Part shown: one piece after another, positions 52,797-64,000 of the stretch | How the letters are laid out: each line of letters begins with the position of its first letter | Position numbering within the stretch: position 1 is the first letter of the stretch | Assembly: GCF_902652985.1 (NCBI RefSeq) | Contig: NC_047015.1 | Span: 59,892,001-59,956,000, forward strand | Reading direction: 5' to 3' | Source: Pecten maximus | Lineage: Eukaryota | DNA length: 64,000 nt | Translations under genes and position numbers: made by a program | The notes under the pieces: model-generated | What the model saw: the letters and a program-made list of their open reading frames with translations, nothing else | Told to the model about the DNA's origin: nothing | The model's database searches: none

Positions 52797-53054
52797 GTTG
52801 TTTGTTGCTAAGCAGGAAATAACATTACTATACATGTATTGTGGGTAATTTACATTCGGTCTACTCTAGACCTTTGTTATAACAGTTATTATAATCTCAG
52901 AAAAGTCCGAACGGCAGATATTAGCCAATCAAATAAGGCGTTTCATCAATAGCTATAATTAGATGATTTTTCCGAAACAAAATAACACCATGATTTTATA
53001 AACATGCCAATTAATTTATGGAGATATTTTTACGTTAGAATGGAGAAACGCTGG
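52797..53054. promoter_or_regulatory. Putative bidirectional promoter for CCDC40/TBC1D16, including a probable non-coding first exon of TBC1D16
   Basis: X-box-like GTTGCTAAGCAG at about 52804-52815. CCAAT at about 52925. Plus-strand donor TGG|GTAAGT at 53054/53055. Confidence 0.55.
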
Positions 53055-53694
53055 GTAAGTCACCGATTGTATCGAACCTTATCATTACGTATTGGTCAGG
53101 TAGAGGCGTGTGTGTTGGACCATGAAAGAATTGGAACAAACAGGAGTTGAAGAAGGAGAAAACGATCGATATATCCAACCACCTCATCCACTGATCCACC
53201 TACTCATGTAAACACTTACCTAGTAGGATTTGACAATAATTAAGAGGTTTATTTTCCTGTTATATCAACTGTTTCACAAACACAAGCTTATTGGTAGAGT
53301 AGATGTGTTTGCCTATTGCCATTACAAAATACCATCATTTGATGGCGAGGATGAAAATGTACGAGTATTGATCTAAACAAGATTAGGACACAAACTATAA
53401 TGGCTACCGTGTATACAGTATAGTACCAGCTGCGGCAAATCCCTGTGTTTGTTAAATGTTATTGTTATAAGAGAGGGGACATATGTAAGTTGACAAGAGG
53501 TTGAAGATTCAGACCCATTCACTGCATGACATTCACTCGTTTCATGTTTCTCGCCATTTTTACCCCAAAAAACTTGATAGGTTGACATATTACATAAGTA
53601 CAGAATAGGACACATGGAAGTAAGATAATAATTTATCTTTCATGAAATGAGATTACTGCACACCCATGAACACCGACAAAGTATGTGATAATTG

Positions 53695-54240
53695 TTAGCT
53701 CACCTGTCCGAAGGGCAAGTACTCTTATGGCATGGTGCGGTGTCTGTCGTCTGTTGTCCATCCATGCAGCCGTCAACATTTTCCTTTAAACAGCTTCTTC
53801 TCAAAATCCAAGAGGCCTAGAGACCTGATATTGGTCAAATGAATGACCTTGACCCTCATTCAAGGTCACAGAAGTCAAATATGCTGAAATCTTTAAACGC
53901 CTTCTCAATAACCAAGAGGCCCAGGGACTTGATATTGGGCCTGTAGCATACTGGGTAAATGGGTGACCAAGTTTGTTCAAATGAATAACCTTGACCTTCA
54001 TTCAAGGCCACATAGGTGCAATAGGTTAAAAACTTAAAATGACTTATTCCTAATTACCAAGAGGCCCACCCAGGAACTTGATATTGGGCTTGCAAACTGC
54101 TGGGGTGAATGGCTACCAAGTTTGTTCAAATGCATGACCTTGACTTATAATCATGGTCACAGGGGTCAAATAGGCGAAAACCTTTAAACAACTTATACTC
54201 AATAACAAAGAGGCCCTGGGACTTGATATTGGGTTTGTTA
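53695..54240 (+). mobile_element. Truncated HINE-like element
   Basis: ttagctcacctgtccgaagggc start, gtc microsatellite, internal tgaccttga repeats. Confidence 0.55.
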
Positions 54241-54249
54241 GCTTACTTG

Positions 54250-54802
54250 GATCACAATCTAGGATTGTGATGTGACAGCTAGATAGGTCACAATCTGGGA
54301 TTGTGATGTCACAGCTAGATAGGTCACAATCTAGGATGGTGACGTCACAGCTAGATAGGTCACACTCTAGGATGATGTCACATCTAGATAGGTCACAATC
54401 TATGATAATGTCACATCTAGATAGGTCACAATCTAGGATGATGTCACATCTAGATAGGTCACACTCTAGGATGGTGACTTGGCATCTAGATAGGTCACAC
54501 TCTAGGATGGTGATGTCACATCTAGATAGGTCACAATCTAGGATAATGTCACATCTAGATAGGTCACAATCTAGGATGATGTCACATCTAGATAGGTCAC
54601 ACTCTAGGATGGTGACGTCACAGCTAGATAGGTCACACTCTAGGATGATGTCACATCTAGATAGGTCACACTCTAGGATGGTGATGTCACATCTAGATAG
54701 GTCACAATCTAGGATGATGATGTGACAGCTAGGTAGGTCACACTCTAGGATGATGTCACATCTAGATAGTTCACACTCTAGAATGGTGATGTCACAGCTA
54801 GC
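54250..54802. repeat. 33/36-bp minisatellite
   Basis: gatgtcacatctagataggtcacactctaggat. Confidence 0.92.
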
Positions 54803-54850
54803 TATACTAGATGTTATTGATTTATGCAGTGTCGTACCTACTACACATAG

Positions 54851-55729
54851 ACGTAGATAAATCTCTGTACAATCTGTAGGATGACAATTACAGTTGTAGA
54901 TAAATCTCTGTACAATCTGTAGGGTGACAATTACAGTTGTAGATAAATCTCTATACAATCTGTAGGGTGACAATTACAGTTGTAAATAAATCTCTATACA
55001 ATCTGTAGGATGACAATTACAGTCGTAGATAAATCTCTATACAATCTGTAGGGTGACAATTACAGTCGTAGATAAATCTCTTCACAATCTGTAGGCTGAC
55101 AATTACAGTCGTAGATAAATCTCTGTACAATCTGTAGGGTGACAATTACAGTTGTAGATAAATCTCTATACAATCTGTAGGGTGACAATTACAGTCGTAG
55201 ATAAATCTCTGTACAATCTGTAGGGTGACAATTACAGTCGTAGACATCTCTGTACAATCTGTAGGGTGACAATTACAGTTGTAGATAAATCTCTGTACAA
55301 TCTGTACGGTGACAATTACAGTCGTAGATAAATCTCTGTACAATCTGTAGGGTGACAATTACAGTCGTAGATAAATCTCTATACAATCTGTAGGGTGACA
55401 ATTACAGTCGTAGACATCTCTGTACAATCTGTAGGGTGACAATTACAGTCGTAGACATCTCTGTACAATCTGTAGGGTGACAATTACAGTCGTAGATAAA
55501 TCTCTATACAGTCTGTAGGGTGACAATTACAGTCATAGATAAATCTCTGTACAATCTGTAGGGTGACAATTACAGTCGTAGATAAATCTCTGTACAATCT
55601 GTAGGGTGACAATTTCAGTCGTAGATAAATCTCTACAATCTGTAGGGTGACAATTACAGTTGTAGATAAATCTCTGTACAATCTGTAGAGTGACAATTAC
55701 AGTCGTAGATAAATCTCTATACAATCTGT
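54851..55729. repeat. 43-bp minisatellite interrupted by a LINE; resumes at 58409-58474
   Basis: aatctgtagggtgacaattacagtcgtagataaatctctgtac. Confidence 0.95.
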
Positions 55730-58408
55730 TTAGTTTAAACATATTTTATTGTATCAAATATATACAATAGGATTGGGCACAAGTTTTCCAACTTATATCA
55801 AGCCCTTTCCATACAATATTATATAACACATACAAAATATACAAGATGACATTAACAATAAAATAATTATTTAGTGTGGGAGTGTGGATAAGGGAAGGGT
55901 AAGGATGGGGTGTAAGAAGGTGCAAGTATGTGAAAAGAATGTGACAATCTCCATTTTAATTCTTTTATGAAATAATTTAGACATTTCCACTAGTAATTGA
56001 AACATCTTTTTTTTAAGACTGCGTGAATGATTTTTCTCGACCCAGATGGCACAAGTACACAATCCACTACTCGTAACTTTCGGCTTTTCAATGTTCATCA
56101 TATCCCCTGCCACGGTTTTCTTTCGCTTTGGTCTTTCCTTTCCTTCTGATATTTCCGTTTCCCAAGTGCCATATGAGTCGAGAAAGATAAAAGACGCAGA
56201 CTTTGATAGAGTTAAAGGGGTTAAACAATTTACATATATATATATGATTTTTTTCTTTTTCCCTTTTTCAAAAACACAATATATCAAATATATTAAGTAC
56301 TGAAGAGAGATATGTTGAAAAAAAAAATTAAAAAAAATGGGGAGACTTGCACGAATGGAGTGATAGAGAGAGGTAGGTGGTAGAGAAAGTACAAATGTAA
56401 AATCAAAATCTATTTGTATCGTGAATATATTTCTGAGTGTGCAGAAATATTTTTTCGTTGTCTGCTTTGGATAATTCATGACTGCCATGTAGAATAAGCT
56501 GTAGGTCCAGTGGGATGAAATCATTTAACTCACGGTACCACTTTATTCTCTGATCTATGTACTTGTTGCAAATAAAAAAGAAGTGAAATGCATTTTCAAT
56601 AGAATGTCCACAATGACAAATTTGAAAATCAATTAAGTTAGCATGAAATAAGTCGTCGTTTAGAGTACTTGAATTAGTTCTTAATCTAGCATGCAAAATA
56701 TTAGATTTTCTGTCACCAAACAAATAATAAGAGGGGATATTTATGTCATTAAGCTTACGAAGAGAGTTTTTAAAAGCTGGGGCTGACCTACTCTGTCTTA
56801 TGCCAGGGTCTAAATTATTCCAAAGTCGAATAGTAGACGGGAAAAAAGAACTATTAGAAAGTTGAAGTCTGAAGTTAGGTAAGGAGTAATGATTTGCATT
56901 ACGGAGGTTATATTCTACATTTTGTGACACTAAAGGAGGTAGTAAAGCTGAAAGATAATTCGGCGTGAGGTTAGCTTGAATTTTGAAAAAAAGTTGTAGT
57001 TTTCTGTTCTTTCTTCTATTTACTAGTGGTTCGAGTCCACTTTCTGAATATAATGAAACCCTACTTGCATAAGATGGTAAACCTGTTATAATACGGATAG
57101 ACTCTAACTGTAGTTTTTCTAGATTGTCTGCGTCACCGAGGGTACATCCGTCCCAAACTTCACAACAATATTCTAGTAAAGGAAGAATATATGCTCTGTA
57201 AATTTTGTCTAAAGTTCGTCTATTTAACAAATACTTCAGTTTTCGTAAAACACTTACCTGTTTTGACACATTTTTACAAATATTTTCTATATGCATACTC
57301 CATTTACAATTTTCACTTAATACTACTCCAAGGTGCTTATGATTTTCTACAAAGTCTACATTTACATTATTAAACCTAATTTCAATTGCATATTCAAGTT
57401 CAAAGTTGGAAACAAGTAATGCCTCTGTTTTAGAAGGGTTGAAATTTACTAACCACTTACTAGCCCAGTGTTTAATTTTATCTAAATCGTTATTTATTTT
57501 TCTTTCAATAGTTTGAGGAGATGTATCACAGTATAATAAGGAGGTATCATCTGCGAATAATTTACAAAGACTTTCCAGGTTATCAGCTATGTCATTAATA
57601 TATAGAATGAATAAAAGAGGGCCTAATACAGAACCTTGAGGAACTCCGGCATTGGTAGATTTAACCAAAGACTTCGTATTTCCCACAAAGACTTGTTGTT
57701 GTCTATCACTAATATAATTTTTGAACCACGCTAACAATTTTCCGGAAATGCCATAATTTGCTAGTTTAACTTCCAATCCCCTGTGCCATACACGGTCGAA
57801 CGCCTTTGAAATATCACAAAAAACTATACATGAAGGACGTTTTTTTTCTAAGTTTTCGCATAAAGTGTGATATAATTCAATCATTTGATGTACTGTCGAA
57901 TGACCTGGCTGGAAACCAGACTGATATTTATATATTAATGAATGATCTAATAAATAGTTGTGCAAATATTTCACTACCAATCTTTCAAAAACTTTACCAA
58001 CAGTGCTTAATAGTGAAATAGGTCTATAATTTGAAACTACCTGTTTATCCCCCTTTTTGAATATAGGCATTACTAATGCTTTTTTCCATTGTTTGGGAAA
58101 GATACCAGTTTCTAAAGAAGATCTAAAGATAAGAGAAAGAGGAAGAGCTACTGATAGTGCTGTGTTTTTTAACATATGATGACTTATGGTATCAATACCT
58201 ACAGCTTTACTAATATTTAACGATTTAAGGATGTCGATAATGTCGTTCAAATTGAAAGGTATGTCAGATAGAGTAGCGTCCGTCCTAAGTTGTACAACAG
58301 GCACGTCGGTATTGGAATCGTCGATAGTAGAAATGGAAGCAAAGTAATCATTTAAAGTGTTAGCTTTACCGTCTTCTGTAATTTCGATTTGACCAAATTC
58401 ATTCATTC
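55730..58408 (-). mobile_element. 5'-truncated CR1/L2-group LINE with an uninterrupted RT frame (58406-56403)
   Basis: Motifs NYRPISLL, QSGF, PQGSVLGP and LFADD. 3' tail AATAAAatatgtttaaactaaa. 11-bp TSD atacaatctgt at 55719-55729 and 58409-58419. Confidence 0.9.
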
Positions 58409-58542
58409 ATACAATCTGTAGGGTGACAATTACAGTTGTAGATAAATCTCTGTACAATCTGTAGGGTGACAATTGCATGTAAGTATATAAACATGTAGAC
58501 AATGATGTTTGAAGAATGAAATTAATAAAGATTTTCTCTGAA

Positions 58543-61222
58543 TTTTTAGCTCACCTGGACCGAAGGTCCGGTGAGCTTATGTCATTGCGCGGCGTCCGTC
58601 GTCTGTCGTCCGTCGTCTGTCGTCCGTCAACATTTGCTTCAAATCGCTACTAGTCAAAAAGTTCTTATTGGATTTTGACCAAATTCAGTCAGAAACATCC
58701 TTGGCAGAAGGGGATCAGATTTTGCATAAATGGTGACTCTGACCCCCAAGGGGCATAAGGGGTGGGGCCCAATAGGGGAAATTGAGGCAATTCCTTTAAA
58801 TCGCTACTAGTCATCAAGTTATGAATGGATTTCAACCCAATTTGGTCAGAAACATTCTTGGGGGAAGGGGAACAGATTTTGCATAAATGGTGACTCTGAC
58901 CCCCAAGGGGCCAAAGGGGCGGGGCCTAATGGGGAAATAGAGGTAATTCCTTTAAATCGCTACTAGTCATCAAGTTATGAATGGATTTTAATCCAATATG
59001 CTCAGAAACATCCGTTTGGGAAGGGGAACAGATTTTGCATAAATGGTTGACTCTGACCCCCAAGGGGCCAAAGGGGCGGGGCCTAATGGGGGAAATAGAG
59101 GTAATTCCTTCAAATCGCTACTAGTCATAAAGTTATGAATGGATTTGAACCCAATTTAATCAGAAACATTCTTGAGGGAAGGGGAACAGATTTTGCATAA
59201 ATGGTGACTCTGACCCCCAAGGGGCCCGAGGGGTTGGGCCCAATAGGGGAAATTGAGGTAATTCCTTAAAATCGCTACTTGTCATAAAGTTATGAATGGA
59301 TTTGAACCCAATTTGGTCAGAAACATTCTTATGTGAAGGGGAACAGATTTTGCATAAATGGTGACTCTGACCCCCGAGGAGCCAAAGGGGCGGGTCCCAA
59401 AAGGGGAAATAGAAGGAATTCCTTTAAATCGCTACTAGTCATAAAGTTATGAATGGATTTGAACCCAATTTGGTCAGAAACATTCTTGAGGGAAGGGGAA
59501 CAGATTTTGCATAAATGGTTACTCTGACCCACAAGGGGCCAAAGGGGCGGGGCCTAATGGGGAAATAGAGGTAATTCCTTCAAATCGCTACTAGTCATAA
59601 AGTTATGAATGGATTTAAACCCAAATTGGTCAGAAACATTGTTATGTGAAGGGGAACAGATTTTGCATAAATGGTGACTCTGACCCCCGAAGAGCCAAAG
59701 GGGCGGGTCCCAAAAGGGGAAATAGAAGTAATTCCTTTAAATCGCTACTAGTCATAAAGTTATGAATGGATTTGAACCCAATTTGGTCAGAAACATTCTT
59801 GAGGGAAGGGGAACAGATTTTGCATAAATGGTGACTCTGACCCCCAAGGGGCCTGAGGGGCGGGGCCCAATAGGGGAAATTGAGGCAATTCCTTAAAATC
59901 GCTACTTGTCATAAAGTTATGAATGGATTTGAACCCAATTTAGTCAGAAACATCCTCCAGGGAAGGGGAACAGATTTGGATAAATGGTTACTCTGACCCC
60001 CAAGGGACCAAAGGGGCGGGGCCTAATGGGGAAATAGAGGTAATTCCTTCAAATCGCTACTAGTCATAAAGTTATGAATGGATTTCAACCCAATTTGGTC
60101 AGAAACATTCTTGGGGGAAGGGGAACAGATTTTGCATAAATGATGACTCTGACTCCCAAAGGACCAAAGGGGCGGGACCTAATGGGGAAACAGAGGTAAT
60201 ATCTTTAAATTGCTACTAGTCATAAATTTATGAATGGATTTGAACCCAATTTAATAAGAAACATTCTTTGGAGAAGGGGAACAGATTTTGCATAAATGAT
60301 GACTCTGCCCCCCGAGGAGCCAAAGGGGCGGGTCCCAATAGGGGAAATAGAAGTAATTCCTTTAAATCGCTACTAGTCATAAAGTTATGAATGGATTTCA
60401 ACCCAATTTGGTCAGAAACATTCTTGAGGGAAGGGGAACAGGTTTTGCATAAATGGTGACTCTGACCCCCGAGGGGCCAAAGGGGCGGTGCCCCATATGG
60501 GAAATAGAGGTAATTCCTTCAAATCGCTACTAGTCATAAAGTTATGAATGGATTTGAACCCAATTTGGTCAGAAACATTCTTATGTGAAGGGGAACAGAT
60601 TTTGCATTAATGATGACTCTGACCCCCAAGGGGCCAAAGGGGCGGGGCCTAATGGGGAAACAGAGGTAATATCTTTAAATCGCTACTAGTCATAAAGTTA
60701 TGAAAGGATTTGAACCCAATTTGGTCAAAAACATCATTGGGGGAAGGGGAACAGATTTTGCAGAAATGGTGACTCTGACCCCCGAGGGGCCAAAGGGGTG
60801 GTGCCCCATATGGGAAATAGAGGTAATTCCTTTAAATCGCTACTAGTCATACATTTATGAATGGATTTGAACCCAATTTAGTAAGAAACAATCTTTGGGG
60901 AAGGGGAACAGATTTTGCATAAATGGTGACTCTGCCCCCCCCCCCCCCCCCCCCCCCCCCGAGGGGCAAAAGGGGTGGGGCCCCATATGGGAAATAGAGG
61001 TAATTCCTTTAAATCACTACTAGTCATAAAGTTATAAATGCATGTTGTAATCTCAGAGAGTCTGGACTTCATTATTTCTTTAAAGCAGTTGGGATACCCA
61101 CGCTATAACCAAATATAGCATTGTTTGAGGTTAACAAACAAAAGGAATTGAACATGAACATTATTTTGACATTTGGTCAAATCCAACCAGGTGAGCGATA
61201 CAGGCCCCATGGGCCTCTTGTT
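58543..61222 (+). mobile_element. HINE-like element with about 15 x 157-bp internal satellite array
   Basis: Subterminal IR gctcacctgg/ccaggtgagc, 5' hairpin ggaccgaaggtcc, microsatellite, 3' hairpin aggccccatgggcct. Confidence 0.8.
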
Positions 61223-61456
61223 TATGTTCATGGTGTAGTTATAAAGTAAGCTAAAAAACATTGAAAAACTTAGTGTCCAAATTTCGTTCATTCATTATAG
61301 TTAATTTGGAATTGTTGTTGATTCTGTTGTGTAATCATTGCTCCTATTGGACATTCCAAATCTCCCAAAAGATTTATAAGATTATTTTTTGTAGGAGATT
61401 GATATCTCAGGAGTGAAGGCTACACAGTGGAGAAGTTAGAACCAACAGCCGTCTCC

Positions 61457-61660
61457 ATGGACCCGGTGATGGCATTCAGCACCATATTCAAGAAAGCCTC
61501 CAACTTTCTGGGGATTGGGTCAGATTCACCCAAACACCCTCCCCTTGATGGAGAGATCATTTATTGTAAGAACAATGTGTGTGTACATCCTCCAGCTCCC
61601 ATGACGATGGATACAGAGCACCATCCTGGCTACCTCACTCTCCGATCACAACACGAGGAG
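61457..61660 (+). CDS. TBC1D16: TBC1 domain family member 16, first coding exon; gene continues beyond the window
   Basis: LDGEIIYCKNNVCVHPP...EHHPGYL matches the TBC1D16 N-terminus as recalled. Acceptor at 61394, GAG|GTAAGG donor at 61660. The start may instead be the ATG at 61469. Confidence 0.9.
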
Positions 61661-61714
61661 GTAAGGTCATCATCACAGGTACAAGCTTAAGGGTCACAGA
61701 CAATCATCACTTCA

Positions 61715-61865
61715 AATTTACTCTGGAGGAAAATTTGTAATACCAATTTACTCTGGAGGAAAATTTGTAATACCAATTTACCCTGGAGGAAAATTTGTAA
61801 TACCAATTTACTCTGGAGGAAAATTTGTAATACCAATTTACTCTGGAGGAAAATTTGTAATACCA
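61715..61865. repeat. 30-bp minisatellite, 5 copies
   Basis: aatttactctggaggaaaatttgtaatacc. Confidence 0.92.
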
Positions 61866-61942
61866 TCTTCAGGAGTTGGGCTATTCAAATCGCTGGTTTG
61901 TCATCACTCTGTCTGATCTACGCCGTCTGTTGTCTGTGCATG

Positions 61943-62627
61943 TACACTGTATACACCTTTAGGGGCCTCAGACAGGGACACTCGGGACAGCTGATGACTA
62001 TATACACTGTATACACCTTTAGGGGCCTCAGACAGGGACACTCGGGGCAGCTGATGACTATATACACTGTATACACCTTAAGGGGCCTCAGACAGGGACA
62101 CTCGGGACAGCTGATGACTATATACACTGTATACACCTTTAGGGGCCTCAGACAGGGACACTCGGGACAGCTGATGACTATATACACTGTATACACCTTT
62201 AGGGGCCTCAGACAGGGACACTCGGGGCAGCTGATGACTATATACACTGTATACACCTTAAGGGGCCTCAGACAGGGACACTCGGGACAGCTGATGACTA
62301 TATACACTGTATACACCTTTAGGGGCCTCAGACAGGGACACTCGGGACAGCTGATGACTATATACACTGTATACACCTTTAGGGGCCTCAGACAGGGACA
62401 CTCGGGACAGCGGATGACTAAATACAATGTATACACCCTTAGGGGCCTCAGACAGGGACACTCGGGACAGCTGATGACTATATACACTGTATACACCCTT
62501 AGGGGCCTCAGACAAGGACACTCGGGACAGCTGATGACTATATACACTGTATACACCTTTAGGGGCCTCAGACAGGGACACTCGGGACCTGCTGGTAACT
62601 GTATACACCTTCAGGGGCCTCAGACAG
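61943..62627. repeat. 60-bp minisatellite, about 11 copies
   Basis: tacactgtatacacctttaggggcctcagacagggacactcgggacagctgatgactata. Confidence 0.95.
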
Positions 62628-62707
62628 TGTTTGTTTGAAAAGGGTCTCCATGATAGAAACAAATTAACTCCTTATATGTCATGTAACATTAATTATTTGG
62701 TTTAAAG

Positions 62708-63682
62708 TGTAATGAACACGTATAGTAGAGTTAACCATGTTCGCGTTTATGTGTGTATGTGTATGATCTATAAATAAACCACGTGTAATCATTGTCATGT
62801 GGCGTTCGATTGTTTGTGCATGCAAGTAGGTATAGGATGAAAGCGCTCGTAAGACCAGAATGCAGGTGACGTCACGAGAAATGGGATAACCTGATTTACC
62901 CAGAAATGGTTTAGGCCGGCTGTATATAAGAGCGGGTTTGTTTCATTCTAGAGGAGAAAATCTGACAGAAGCTGGGTTGTGTTTACGACTGGAAAAGACT
63001 ACAGACTACAGGTAATACTGCAGAGACTGAATAAGTCTCTGGGGAAAGACTGTACAGGTAGTGGTCGCTGAGTAAGTGACCAGTGGTCGTAAGGCAGCAG
63101 GGAGGTCAGTGTGGCTACTGCGCTGTATAAGCTGGTGCAGTGTTGGTGCTCGAGGTAGCCGGTGCGCTGTGCAAGGGCCAGGAGCACTTGTAATAGGCGT
63201 GCTTGACCTGGTAGTGTTGGTGCGCGAGGTAGCCGGTGCGCTGTGCAAGTGCCGGGAGCACTTGTAATAGGCGTGCTTGATCAGGCATTGCCGGTGCGCA
63301 AGGTAGCCGGTGCACAAGGTTACAGTGCCGGAAGCACTTGTAATAGGTGTGCTTGATCTGGCACTGCGGTGCCCGAGGTAACCGGCGTGCTTGATTGGTC
63401 ATTGCCGGCGCGTCCGACAGCCACGGCTCGTACCAGTGCACGGAGAGAGCACATGCATTAGGCGTTTGCGAGCGTCAGTGCCTGCTATAGTTGTATTTGT
63501 ATGGTAGTTTTAGAGGTCCGTGGCAAGCAGCACGACCGTTTCACTTGTTCTTGTATGTCATATATAGATTAATCATTTGTAAATATTACTGATTCCATAC
63601 CTATTGAGATAGGACTAGTCAAGTGCGCTTAAGGCACAGCGTATCCCAGAAGACACTTGGGACGGACTAGGTGCACGTTACA
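62708..63682 (+). mobile_element. Probable solo LTR (Gypsy-like)
   Basis: TGTAAT...GTTACA termini with a 9/12 inverted match. TATA-like tatataag near 62923. Internal GC-rich imperfect repeats. Flanks aaag/aaat. Confidence 0.55.
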
Positions 63683-64000
63683 AAATGTACCCTAAACAAT
63701 ATTCTTTTCATAACACAAAGTATATTTTTTTAGCTTAAATTGTAACTGCTCAAAACAAGTAAAGAACACTTTATTGATAATCAGGCCAAAGACAACAGCT
63801 GTAGGTGTGTTACAAACTGTAGTTTATTCAAGCATTGATGTCAATTTTTTTAGTTTCATGGGGGTATGAAAAAAATTTTGTTTGCAAATAATTTTTTGTT
63901 CATACCCCTATGAAACTAAAAAGATAATTGACATCAAAGCTTATAATTAGTTTTGGAAATAATTTTCTAATTTAAAACATGTTTTATGTACAAATTTACT

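Noticed and set aside
54113-55742. Cys/Leu-rich LRR-like ORFs
   Set aside because: Translations of 33/36-bp and 43-bp tandem arrays
61898-62662. 246-aa repeat ORF as a TBC1D16 exon
   Set aside because: 60-bp minisatellite with no similarity to the expected next TBC1D16 sequence

Overview
AT-rich animal genomic DNA. The repeat families suggest a bivalve mollusc; that assignment is inference. Three intron-containing genes were reconstructed by hand. (1) The 5' part of cyclin F (CCNF), minus strand, 5 coding exons at 6983-2576, running off the left edge. (2) A complete CCDC40, minus strand, 21 coding exons at 52796-16574, about 1131 aa, with consistent splice phases and one probable GC-AG intron. 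(3) The start of TBC1D16, plus strand, head-to-head with CCDC40 as in human. Introns and intergenic DNA hold a full-length L1/Tx1-type LINE with a 17-bp TSD, a 5'-truncated CR1/L2-group LINE, a 3' fragment of an RLE-type (HERO-like) retrotransposon, several MITEs, Helentron-type (HINE-like) elements with internal arrays, a SINE remnant, a probable solo LTR and about 20 unrelated minisatellites. The most unusual observations are four. The LINE appears to need a spliceosomal intron removed to give ORF2 a start codon. The RLE element's 3' UTR holds a pseudoknotted RNA structure with hammerhead core motifs in a permuted order. Several minisatellites are amplified copies of the host's own splice junctions, giving arrays of decoy donors or acceptors. 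A transposon carries seven RFX X-box motifs inside a motile-cilia gene. All coordinates were counted by eye; no searches were run.
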